Below are positions 1 through 8,397 of a DNA stretch of 13,372 nucleotides, in pieces. This DNA comes from Armatimonadota bacterium. GTDB lineage: Bacteria > Armatimonadota > UBA10988. Position 1 is the first letter of the stretch; each line of letters opens with the position of its first letter. The position numbers were made by a program, and so were the translations under genes. Below the pieces are notes generated by a model, which searched no databases, was not told where the DNA came from, and was given only the letters and a program-made list of their open reading frames with translations. The stretch is taken from NCBI GenBank assembly GCA_016235455.1, contig JACRKZ010000176.1, forward strand, positions 1 to 13,372. Reading direction: 5' to 3'.

Positions 1-2
1 CC

Positions 3-1457
3 TTCCGCAACCGCTTCAGCTACCACGAGATCGGCTTCGTCACGGTCGAGGGCCTGTCGCAGCCACCGGCGTTGGGCGATGTGGTGGGCTATCAGGTCAC
101 CAACAGCCGTCGGCGCGTAGGCGGGTTCGACTGCTCCGACCGCCTGCTCCGGCGCATCTACGATGTGACCGCCTACACCTACGACAACCTGAGCACCGGC
201 GGCATGACCGTCGACTGCCCGCACCGCGAACGGCTGGGCTACGGTGGCGACGGCCACACCAGTCTGGAGACGGCGGTCGACAGCTTCTGGTCGGCGCCGT
301 TCCTGGCCAAGTGGGCCCAGGACTGGTGCGACATGCAGGGCCAAAGCGGCCGCATCTACCACACCGCGCCGACCATGGGCGGCGGTGGCGGCCCGGCCTG
401 GAGCGGGTTCATCCTGACCATGCCGTGGGAGGTCTATCAGACCTACGGCGACCGGCGCATCATCGAGCGCACCTACCCGTATGCGCGGCGCTGGCTCGAC
501 TTCATGGAGGCCAACGTCGGCCCCGACGGCCTGGTCAAGCAGCTGCCGGGCGGCTACTGGTTGTACCTGGGCGACTGGGTCACCCCGCACGGCAGCGAAG
601 GCAGCGACAAGCCCGAGGCCGCGCTGTTCAACAACTGCTACTACGCCTACGTGACGCGCATCGCCGAGCGCGAAGCGCGCCTGCTCGGCCATCAGGCCGA
701 CGCGGAACTCCTCGCCGCGCGCTACGAGCGGCTCCGCGCGGGCATCAACAAGCGCTTCCTCGACGCCTCGGCGGGCATCTACCTCGATACACGCCAGACG
801 CACCTGGTCATGCCGCTGGTGGCCGGCGTGGTGCCGCCGGCCTATGAGGAGAAGGTACGGGCCAATCTCGAGCACGAGATCGTTGTCGGGCAGCGGGGCC
901 ATGTCGATACGGGCCTGCACGGCACGTACTTCATGACGCGCTACCTGACGGAGATTGGGCGGAGCGACCTGGTGCACACCTATGCCACGCAGACCACGCC
1001 ACCCAGTTACGGCGCGCTGCTGGCGGCGGGCTACACCACCTGGCCCGAGGAGTGGGGCGGCTCGCCCTCGCGGCTGCACGGCTGCCTGAACGGCATCGGC
1101 GGCTGGTTCCAACGCGGCCTGGGCGGCATTCGCGCCGATGAGTCGACGCCGGGCTACCAGCGGTTTGTCATCCGGCCGGCGCTGGTGGGCGACCTGACCT
1201 GGGTCAAGGCGCACCATGAGTCCCCCTACGGCCGCATCGAGTGCGCCTGGCGCCGCGCGGATGGCGAGCTGACGCTGGAGGTCACCGTGCCGCCCAACAG
1301 TTGGGCGACGCTGTATCTGCCGACCAGCGACCGCGCGCGGGTGACCGAAGGCGGCCGGCCGGTGCGCGGCGCCGCCGGCGTCACCTATCTGCGCGAGGAC
1401 GACGGGGCTGCGGTGTATCAGCTCGCGGCGGGCCGCTACCGGTTCGCCGCGCCGTAG
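3..1457 (+). CDS. Alpha-L-rhamnosidase (glycoside hydrolase family 78), 5'-truncated by window edge
   Basis: Frame is open from position 3 (FRNRFSYHEIGFVTVEGL..., matching the GH78 'PRFTYHGFRYV' segment). GH78 motifs: VDCPHRERLGYGGD, LGDW, TGLHGT, GYTTWPEEW, and a C-terminal 'GYQRFVIRP...LTWVKAHHESPYGRIECAW...LEVTVPPNSWATLYLP' domain. Stop TAG 1455-1457. Confidence 0.92.
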   Translation, partial: FRNRFSYHEIGFVTVEGLSQPPALGDVVGYQVTNSRRRVGGFDCSDRLLRRIYDVTAYTYDNLSTGGMTVDCPHRERLGYGGDGHTSLETAVDSFWSAPFLAKWAQDWCDMQGQSGRIYHTAPTMGGGGGPAWSGFILTMPWEVYQTYGDRRIIERTYPYARRWLDFMEANVGPDGLVKQLPGGYWLYLGDWVTPHGSEGSDKPEAALFNNCYYAYVTRIAEREARLLGHQADAELLAARYERLRAGINKRFLDASAGIYLDTRQTHLVMPLVAGVVPPAYEEKVRANLEHEIVVGQRGHVDTGLHGTYFMTRYLTEIGRSDLVHTYATQTTPPSYGALLAAGYTTWPEEWGGSPSRLHGCLNGIGGWFQRGLGGIRADESTPGYQRFVIRPALVGDLTWVKAHHESPYGRIECAWRRADGELTLEVTVPPNSWATLYLPTSDRARVTEGGRPVRGAAGVTYLREDDGAAVYQLAAGRYRFAAP

Positions 1458-1471
1458 TCGAGGAGAGCATC

Positions 1472-2230
1472 GTGGACGTTCACGCCTACAACGCCGACGC
1501 CTGGGACCAGCAGGTGGCCAAGGGCAACCAGTGGACCCAGCCGGTGAGCGCCGAGGTCATCGCCGACGCGCGCGCCGGGCGCTGGTCGGTGGGGCTGATT
1601 GAGCGCCGGCGTGTGCCCGCGCACTGGTTCCCGCCGCTCGCCGGGCTGGACCTGCTGTGCCTGGCCTGCGGCGGCGGGCAACAGGCGCCCACGTTTGCCG
1701 CGGCCGGCGCACGCGTCACTGTGCTCGACGCCTCGGCGGCGCAACTCGGCCAGGACCGGCTGGTGGCCGAGCGTGAGGGCCTGGAACTGCGTCTGGTGCA
1801 GGGCGACATGCGCGATCTGAGCGCATTCGGCGACGGCTCGTTCGACCTGATCTTCCATCCCGTGTCGAACGTCTTCTGCCCCGACATCCTCCCCGTGTGG
1901 CGCGAAGCCCATCGCGTGCTGCGGCCCGGCGGGCGGCTGCTGGCGGGGTTCATGAACCCCGCGGTCTTCCTGTTCGACGATGCTCCCGAGGCCGACGGGC
2001 GGTACCGCCTGAACTACCGCCTGCCGTTCGCCGCCAGCGCCGACCCCGACGGCTGGCGCGCCAAGTACGGCGAAGACACGCCGTTGGAGTTCAGCCACAG
2101 TCTGACCGAGCAGATCGGCGGTCAGCTCGCCGCCGGGTTCGCGCTGCTCGAACTGCACGAGAGCACCAACCACGAGCCGCTGGGTGAGTGGCTGCCGGCG
2201 TACATCGCTACTTTGGCGGAGAAGCGGTGA
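1472..2230 (+). CDS. Class I SAM-dependent methyltransferase (Methyltransf_11-like), 252 aa
   Basis: SD AGGAG 1461-1465, then GTG 1472; the track start at 1241 overlaps the upstream gene. Motif I LLCLACGGGQQ, followed by VTVLD, VQGDMRDL, SFDLIF and HRVLRPGGRL. Confidence 0.9.
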   Translation: MDVHAYNADAWDQQVAKGNQWTQPVSAEVIADARAGRWSVGLIERRRVPAHWFPPLAGLDLLCLACGGGQQAPTFAAAGARVTVLDASAAQLGQDRLVAEREGLELRLVQGDMRDLSAFGDGSFDLIFHPVSNVFCPDILPVWREAHRVLRPGGRLLAGFMNPAVFLFDDAPEADGRYRLNYRLPFAASADPDGWRAKYGEDTPLEFSHSLTEQIGGQLAAGFALLELHESTNHEPLGEWLPAYIATLAEKR

Positions 2231-4556
2231 AGGCCTTGAGGTCGGCCTGGTAGGCGGCCTCCTCGGCGTCGAGCCGTGCCCTGCCGGGCTCGCCGGCGCG
2301 GCGCAGGGCGTCGGTCAACAGGCCGCGCAGCGTGCCGTACCAGGCCTCGGTCACCGGCTTGCCCTTGGCCAACGCAAAGACCGGACGCCTCGCCTTGATC
2401 TCGGCCAGCACAGAGCTCAGCCAGGCGTCGGCCTCGGCCGGCGGCAGCGCGCGGGCCGTGCGGGTCAGGCTGGGCAGCAGCGTGTCGAGCGACTTGGCAC
2501 GGTCCTTGGCCGGCGCGCGGTCGAACTGGGCGACGAGCCGGGCCAGCGTGTCGCGCTGCTCGCGGGCCTTGGCCAGTTCGGCCGCGGCGAACTCCTTCAG
2601 GCGCTTGTCCCAGGCGGCTCCCAGCGCCTTGACCTCGGCTGCGCCAGGCTTGCCCAACCGGCCCAGGCTCGCGGCGCGCAGCTTCTGCAACTCGGCAAAC
2701 AGGCCTTCGGCGGCCGCCGCGCCCGCGGCGTCGATGTCCAGTCGCGGCGCGACGGCTTCCAGCGCCGTCTGCAGCCCACCGATCCAGGCCGCGGCCTCGC
2801 GCGGCGGCTGCGCCTCGGCGGTGAGGCGAGCCTTGGTCAAAGCGTTGGCGACCGCGCTCGCGCGCGGCTTGCCCGTCGCCCGGTCAGCCGCCGCCACGGC
2901 CGCCGCCGCGGATTCCTTGCCTTGGGCCAGGCCGTCGGCGGCCAGGTCGAAGCGGGTCGCCAGATCGACGCTCAGCGCCGCGCCATAGGGCACCTTCTTG
3001 GCCTCGCGCCGGGCCAGCTCGGTGCGCAGCAGGTCGCGCGCGCCGGCCAGATCACCGCCGGCGCGGAGCACGCGCTGGTACATCTCGGGAGCGAGTGCGT
3101 CGCCCACGATGCGGGCGATGTCGGTGCCGTAGTTGGCCATCTTGTTCATCGCCGCGGGGTCGGCGGCGGCACCCAGCTTAGCGAAGTCGGTATCGGGCGA
3201 CAGGCCCGGGTCGGTCAGCGCCAGCGCGCCGTCGGGCGAGAACAGGTAGCTGTCCAGCCGCGCCAGCAGCGCATTGGCCGCGGCGGCGCCGCTGGTCAGC
3301 TCAGCCAGTTCCTTCCACGCGCCCAGGTGGTAGGGGTTGAACTGCACCGCCTCCTCATACAGCGCCCGCCTCGCCTCCGGCGAGGCGCCGCGCTTGGCCA
3401 ACAAGGCGGCGATCTGCCCGTTCTGGTAGCGGTCGAGGCCCAGGTTCATCGCGGCCACTGTGGCGTAGCAGTGCACCGCGCGGCCGTTGAGGAAGCTGTT
3501 GTGGTACGGCAGGCCGAGGCCGCAGGTAGTCGCCTCCAGGCCGGCGATGCTCTGCCCAACGCCCACGCCGTATCGGCCCGACCGGGCGTCGTAGCTGTAG
3601 GCGATGAACGCGCGATGGCCCGGCTGGCCGACGCCCTGCGCGGGCAAGGCCAGCAGTCGCCGGAAGCAGTCGGCCATGGTCGACAACCGGCCGCACACAC
3701 CGCCGTCGGACCACATGCGCACGATGGCGCTGGGGTTCCAGTCGCTGTCGCGATACTTGACCTCGGGCTTCTCGTAGTCCCAGGTGTAGCGGCCATAGCC
3801 GATGATGCCCGCCGGCTGGCCGGCGACGCGGCCCCAGTAGCGCTCCCAGGCCCAGTCGCACTCGGCGCGCGGCACCGTCTGCTGATACCAGACCAGCAGC
3901 GGGTAGGGCGCCTTGTCCAGGGGGAACAGCGGCCAGGCCTGCTTGGCGTCGGCCGGCGCGGGCTGCTCGAAGTGGTCGATGACCCAGGTCACGAAGTCGG
4001 GGATGCTCTGGCCCAACCGCGGCGGATAGGTGCCAGCTTCGTAGGGCAGCCGGCCCCAGAAGGCGTTGTCCTTGGCCAGTGCCGCGGGCAGACCGGCCTT
4101 GGTTAGCGTGCCCGGCTTGTCGCCCATGGCCTGCAAGTAGGTCACGTGGTTGGCCTTCATCCAGGCGGCCATGGCCTTGACGTTGTCGGGCACCGGGCCC
4201 AGGTCGGTCTGCGACTTGGGGTCGATGGCCGTGGCCCGCAACGACACCGCCAGCAGCAGATGCGCGTAGCGATCGGCGCGCGCGGGCCCCACCACCTGGC
4301 GCATCAGGTCGAGGTTCTCGGCATAGACCGGTGGAGTCGGGTCGGCGGCGGTCAGCAGGCCGTTCTTGATGTCCGCGTGCTTGTCCAGCCAGGCCCAGAA
4401 GCCGTCGCTGACCTTGGCCGAGGCGCGCAGTTGAGTCTCCGCGCCGGTCAGGAAGGCCTGCCGCTGCCCGGCGGTGAAGACCGGCGCTGCCGACACTGGC
4501 CACGCCGCCGCCAGAGCCAGAACAAGCGCCACACGCGCTGCCGAGTACCGCTTCAT
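2208..4556 (-). CDS. Secreted hypothetical protein (782 aa) with transglutaminase-like Cys-His core and helical/TPR-like C-terminus
   Basis: SD GGAGG 5 nt before ATG; Sec signal peptide MKRYSAARVALVLALAAAWPVSA; motif DGGVCGRLSTMADCFRRLLALPAQGVGQPGHRAF; Ala/Leu-rich helical C-half including the TPR-like 'ALYEEAVQFNPYHLGAW'. Its 3' end overlaps the convergent methyltransferase by 23 bp. CDS is well supported; function is tentative. Confidence 0.8.
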   Translation of the reverse strand: MKRYSAARVALVLALAAAWPVSAAPVFTAGQRQAFLTGAETQLRASAKVSDGFWAWLDKHADIKNGLLTAADPTPPVYAENLDLMRQVVGPARADRYAHLLLAVSLRATAIDPKSQTDLGPVPDNVKAMAAWMKANHVTYLQAMGDKPGTLTKAGLPAALAKDNAFWGRLPYEAGTYPPRLGQSIPDFVTWVIDHFEQPAPADAKQAWPLFPLDKAPYPLLVWYQQTVPRAECDWAWERYWGRVAGQPAGIIGYGRYTWDYEKPEVKYRDSDWNPSAIVRMWSDGGVCGRLSTMADCFRRLLALPAQGVGQPGHRAFIAYSYDARSGRYGVGVGQSIAGLEATTCGLGLPYHNSFLNGRAVHCYATVAAMNLGLDRYQNGQIAALLAKRGASPEARRALYEEAVQFNPYHLGAWKELAELTSGAAAANALLARLDSYLFSPDGALALTDPGLSPDTDFAKLGAAADPAAMNKMANYGTDIARIVGDALAPEMYQRVLRAGGDLAGARDLLRTELARREAKKVPYGAALSVDLATRFDLAADGLAQGKESAAAAVAAADRATGKPRASAVANALTKARLTAEAQPPREAAAWIGGLQTALEAVAPRLDIDAAGAAAAEGLFAELQKLRAASLGRLGKPGAAEVKALGAAWDKRLKEFAAAELAKAREQRDTLARLVAQFDRAPAKDRAKSLDTLLPSLTRTARALPPAEADAWLSSVLAEIKARRPVFALAKGKPVTEAWYGTLRGLLTDALRRAGEPGRARLDAEEAAYQADLKAFTASPPK

Positions 4557-4585
4557 GGTGCCCTCCGACGGGTGGTAGACAACGT

Positions 4586-4615
4586 ATTATGGCGGTTCGG
4601 CGGGTCGCTCGTCAA
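4586..4615 (-). promoter_or_regulatory. Putative sigma70-type promoter of the 782-aa gene
   Basis: Minus strand TTGACG (4615-4610), 18-nt spacer, CATAAT (4591-4586), about 30 nt upstream of the ATG. Confidence 0.55.
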
Positions 4616-4625
4616 GCTTGCTCGG

Positions 4626-5543
4626 CTAGTGGGCGAAGAAGCGCCAACGGCCGTAGTGTTCGTGATGCCAGCCGGATCGGGCCTCCATCCGCTCGTGGTC
4701 GGAGCCGCGGTCGGGCAGAGAAACGCGCAATCGCCAACCGCCGGGCTGCGCGGTGACGGGCTGGTACGAGAAGTGCGGGCAGCACGACCAGCCGGTGCCC
4801 GGCACGCGCGACAGGTAGGCTGGGACGAGGGCATCGAGGCTGGCTGGCGCGCGGCCGTGGTCGGCGGTGTAGCGGTCCAGCGCGCGGCACATGGGTTCCG
4901 CGCGCTCGGTGAGCCCGATGATGAAGTGATCCTCCAGCCAGCAGACGGTGGCGAGCTGGTAGCGCCCGCCGAGGCACAGCAGGGCAGCAACGAGCCCGAC
5001 CTGGACCCACTGCCGCGGGCGCCAGCGGGTGGCGGCCGCGGCCGGCAGCAGCACCGAGGCGAAGAACAGCGCCATCATCGGCAGCATCCACGGATCGTGG
5101 TCGCCCGGCAGCCAGCCGGGCAACACGAACTCCGCCGCGTTCACGGCGACCAGGCCGGCGATGAGTGCCGCGCCATGGCGGATCAGCGGGTCAATGACGT
5201 CGTCGGCCTCGCGCAGCAGGCGCCGCGCCTCGTGCGATCCCACGCCGCCGCGCGCGCACACAGCCCTGGCCAGCCACAGCAGCGTCGACAGCAGCACGCA
5301 GCACGGCGCGGTGGCGGTCACGTAACCGCCCGGCAGGCGGACCATACCGATGGTGTAGCACCAGCCACCCACGCTCAGCCAGCGATGCGGCGCCGCGGGC
5401 AAGGGCAGGAAGTTGGGCAGCACCAGAGCGTAGGGCACCCACGGCACGGCCGCGACTGCGAGCAGCCCCAGTGGCCAGCGCCAGCGTTGCCATCGCGTGA
5501 AGCGGACCCGTGTGCCGCTGCCTGCAACCCGTGATTCGACCAT
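4626..5543 (-). CDS. Hypothetical multi-pass membrane protein with C-terminal GspG/pilin-like module (paralog A, 305 aa)
   Basis: Several hydrophobic segments; C-terminal 'RALDRYTADHGRAPASLDALVPAYLSRVP' resembles the type II secretion pseudopilin G helix-loop motif; colinear with the upstream paralog. Confidence 0.8.
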   Translation of the reverse strand: MVESRVAGSGTRVRFTRWQRWRWPLGLLAVAAVPWVPYALVLPNFLPLPAAPHRWLSVGGWCYTIGMVRLPGGYVTATAPCCVLLSTLLWLARAVCARGGVGSHEARRLLREADDVIDPLIRHGAALIAGLVAVNAAEFVLPGWLPGDHDPWMLPMMALFFASVLLPAAAATRWRPRQWVQVGLVAALLCLGGRYQLATVCWLEDHFIIGLTERAEPMCRALDRYTADHGRAPASLDALVPAYLSRVPGTGWSCCPHFSYQPVTAQPGGWRLRVSLPDRGSDHERMEARSGWHHEHYGRWRFFAH

Positions 5544-5582
5544 GTCTTGTCTTCCGGAACTAGGCCCGCGAGGCCCCGACGA

Positions 5583-6638
5583 TCACCAGGCCACGTAGGT
5601 CCAGCGGCCGTAGCGCTGATGGTGCCAGCGCTCCTTGGCGACCATCAGCTCGCGATCCATCCAGCGATCGGGCAGCGACACGCGCAGTTGCCATCGGCGG
5701 CGGAGCTGCGCGGCGACCGGCACGCCGTAGTTGGCGATACCCTCGTGAAGCGAGTCGACAAAGGTCGGGTAGAGAGACATGCTCTCCCCGGTGCCGTCGA
5801 AGTCCGCGGTGTTCACGCCGCGCCGGGTGATCCAGGTCATGCGCGCGACGATGACCCGGTACTCGAACCGCGGCGTACACGACCAGCCGGTGCCGGGCAC
5901 GCGCGGCAGGTAGGCCGGGACGAGGTCGTCGAGGCTGTCCGGCGCGTAGCCATGGTCGGCGCTGTAGCGGTCGAGCGCGGCACACAGCGGCTCGGCGCGT
6001 GCGGCCAGGGCAGTGCGGGCCCGACCCTCGGCGTAGCGGATGACCGGTCGGTTGAACTGGGCGCTGAGCAGCAGCAGGCCGGCCACCAGCGCAACCTGCG
6101 CCCACTGCCGCCGGTTCCAGCGCGTGGCCGCGGCGATCGGCAGGACCGTCGCGGGGAGCATGGACGCTGCGAACGGCACAAGCCACCAGGCGTCGTCGCC
6201 GGGCAGGCACAGGCTCAGCGCGCCGCCCACTGCGGTCAGTGCGAACAGACCGACCACGATGGCCGTGCCATGTCGGATCAGCGGGCTGAGGACGCACTCA
6301 GCGGCGCCTAGCAGCCAAGCTGCCGCCTCCGCGCCGTGTCCCCCGCGGGTCCGCGCCAACCGAGCCACCCAGAGCAATGCGGTGAGCAGCACGCAGAGCG
6401 GCACCACGCTGGCCACGTACTGCCGTGCGTTGTCCTGCATGTCGACGGCGTAGTACCAGCCGAAGAAGGTCAGCGAGTGGTTTGGTGCCGCGGGCAAGGG
6501 CAGGAAGTTGAGCAGCACCACGGCGTAAGGCACCCACGGTAACGCCACGACCGCGAGCAGCCCCAGCGGCCAGGGCCAGCGCCGCCATCGCGTCAAGCGC
6601 ACTCTGTCCCGATAGGCCCGACCCCGTGACTCGACCAT
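5583..6638 (-). CDS. Hypothetical multi-pass membrane protein with C-terminal GspG/pilin-like module (paralog B, 351 aa)
   Basis: Start reassigned to ATG 6638 (MVESR..., same N-terminus as paralog A; GGAG 8 nt upstream). Motif ALDRYSADHGYAPDSLDDLVPAYLPRVP. Carries a 45-aa insertion relative to A. Confidence 0.8.
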   Translation of the reverse strand: MVESRGRAYRDRVRLTRWRRWPWPLGLLAVVALPWVPYAVVLLNFLPLPAAPNHSLTFFGWYYAVDMQDNARQYVASVVPLCVLLTALLWVARLARTRGGHGAEAAAWLLGAAECVLSPLIRHGTAIVVGLFALTAVGGALSLCLPGDDAWWLVPFAASMLPATVLPIAAATRWNRRQWAQVALVAGLLLLSAQFNRPVIRYAEGRARTALAARAEPLCAALDRYSADHGYAPDSLDDLVPAYLPRVPGTGWSCTPRFEYRVIVARMTWITRRGVNTADFDGTGESMSLYPTFVDSLHEGIANYGVPVAAQLRRRWQLRVSLPDRWMDRELMVAKERWHHQRYGRWTYVAW

Positions 6639-6780
6639 CCCCGCTGCTCCGTGTCTGAGCCCAGTATTCCCCGCCGCTGCGCGGCTCAACCGCCTGGGAG
6701 CGCGCTCCTCCAGGTCCGCCCGCTCGCCCCTGGCGCCTGAAGCCACTTCCTGGCACACTACGTCGCGGAGCCCGGCCTCA

Positions 6781-8391
6781 ATGTCCACAACCTCGCTGAC
6801 CGCACTCGCCCTGGCCGTCCTGCTGGCCACCCACACCGCCGCCGCTGAACGCCGCGTGGTCGTCTCGGGCGGCCGGCCCGAGGCCGCTCAGTACGTCGGC
6901 GCTGCCTGGAGCGAGACCGACGGCGGGCTCAGCGCCGAGGGCGTCGGGCGCTTCCTCTACGCCGACCGCGGGCTCGGCTCCGGCGACTTCCGCATCACCG
7001 CGCGGCTGACGCTGGCCCGGCTGGAGGGCACGGCCGCGTCGTTCGTGCTCGATGGCAGCCACCTCGGCTTCGACGGCCGGGGCAAGCAGCTCTTCGCCGA
7101 AGGCCCGCTGTTCGGCGGCGCCACCCGGGCGCTCGGCGCGTCCGAGGCCTGGGTCCGGCCCGGTCAGCCGTTCACCTTCGAGGCCATCCGCCAGGGCGGC
7201 ACGACGCGCTTTCTGGTCGACGGCCGCGAGGTCACGCGCCGGGAACACTGGGATGGCCCCGTCGCGCGCACTGGTTTCCGGCCGCAGCGCAACCGCATGA
7301 CCGTGCAGGAGTTCCAGATGTCCGGTAATCTGACCGTCCCACCGGCCGCGCCCAAGCCGCTGGGCACGCCGGTGTTCATCGGTGGCCAGTTCGGCTACGA
7401 CACCTACCGCATCCCCGCGCTGGCGGTGACCAACGCCGGCACGGTGCTGGCCGTGTGCGAAGGGCGCCGGCACTCGGACAGCGACTCGGGCGACATCGAC
7501 CTGCTGCTGCGGCGCTCGGTCGACAACGGCCAGACCTGGGCCGAGCAGCAGGTGATCTGGGACGACGCCGGCAACACATGCGGCAATCCCTGCCTGGTGG
7601 TGGACCGCGACACCGGCGTCATCTGGCTGCTGGTCACCTGGAATCGCGGCGACGACCACGAGCCGCGGATCATCGACCAGACCAGCCACGATACACGCCG
7701 CGTCTACGTCTGCCACTCCGAGAACGACGGGTTGGCCTGGTCCAAGCCCAGCGAGATCACCGCCAGCACCAAGCTGCCTGCCTGGACCTGGTATGCCACC
7801 GGCCCCGGCAGCGGCATCCAGCTCCAGCACGGCGCGCACCGCGGCCGGCTGGTCATTCCATGCGACCACATCGAGGCCGGCACCAAGCGCTACCTGTCGC
7901 ACGTCATCTACTCCGATGACCACGGCGCGACCTGGCAGCTCGGCGGGACGTCGCCGCGCGACCGGGTCAATGAGTGCGAGGTGGTCGAGTTGTCCGACGG
8001 GCGGCTGATGCTGAACATGCGCAACTACGACCGCACCAAGCGCAGTCGGCAGATAGCCTTCAGCGACGACGGCGGCCAGACCTGGCGCGACCAGCGATTC
8101 GACGCGACGCTCATCGAGCCGATCTGCCAGGCGGCGGTGGACCGCTGTGGCGACGTGCTGCTGTTCAGCAACCCGGCCAGTGCCGCGGAGCGCATCCGCC
8201 TGACCGTGCGCGCCAGCTTCGACGATGGCTCCACCTGGCCGCGCTCGCACCTGCTCTATGCCGGGCCGAGCGGCTACTCCGACCTGGCCGTGCTGGCCAA
8301 CGGCGAGATCGGCTGCCTGTATGAGTGTGGCGTGGTGCGGTCCACCGAGGACATCGTCTTCGCGCGGCTGGCGCTGGACGAGCTGCAGTAG
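6781..8391 (+). CDS. Secreted exo-alpha-sialidase (GH33, BNR/Asp-box propeller) with N-terminal lectin/ConA-like domain
   Basis: Signal peptide; YRIP motif; five Asp boxes (SVDNGQTW, SENDGLAW, SDDHGATW, SDDGGQTW, SFDDGSTW); candidate catalytic residues in VNECEVVE, MLNMR, ERIRLTV, GYSDL and LYE; GGAG at 6767-6770. Confidence 0.93.
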   Translation: MSTTSLTALALAVLLATHTAAAERRVVVSGGRPEAAQYVGAAWSETDGGLSAEGVGRFLYADRGLGSGDFRITARLTLARLEGTAASFVLDGSHLGFDGRGKQLFAEGPLFGGATRALGASEAWVRPGQPFTFEAIRQGGTTRFLVDGREVTRREHWDGPVARTGFRPQRNRMTVQEFQMSGNLTVPPAAPKPLGTPVFIGGQFGYDTYRIPALAVTNAGTVLAVCEGRRHSDSDSGDIDLLLRRSVDNGQTWAEQQVIWDDAGNTCGNPCLVVDRDTGVIWLLVTWNRGDDHEPRIIDQTSHDTRRVYVCHSENDGLAWSKPSEITASTKLPAWTWYATGPGSGIQLQHGAHRGRLVIPCDHIEAGTKRYLSHVIYSDDHGATWQLGGTSPRDRVNECEVVELSDGRLMLNMRNYDRTKRSRQIAFSDDGGQTWRDQRFDATLIEPICQAAVDRCGDVLLFSNPASAAERIRLTVRASFDDGSTWPRSHLLYAGPSGYSDLAVLANGEIGCLYECGVVRSTEDIVFARLALDELQ

Positions 8392-8397
8392 GGCGCG

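Larger units (their letters stand above)
4626..6638 (-). repeat. Diverged tandem gene duplication (4626-5543 vs 5583-6638)
   Basis: DNA similarity is visible directly, e.g. GACCAGCCGGTGCC(C/G)GGCACGCGCG at ~4786 and 5881, and GCCGCGGGCAAGGGCAGGAAGTTG at ~5392 and ~6487. Confidence 0.9.

Noticed and set aside
2184-4106. 640-aa plus-strand ORF, and similar long ORFs 4146-5534, 6778-8250, 8554-10569 and 10521-11456
   Set aside because: Antisense shadows of well-supported genes, typical of GC-rich DNA; no motifs or credible SD.
4626-6638. Diversity-generating retroelement TR/VR pair
   Set aside because: Differences are not adenine-specific, both copies are full genes, and no reverse transcriptase is present.
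6639-6836. Longer N-terminus for paralog B (track start 6836); likewise track starts 1241 and 10632 for other genes
   Set aside because: They overlap neighbouring genes; internal starts have SD sequences and match the paralog or a signal peptide.
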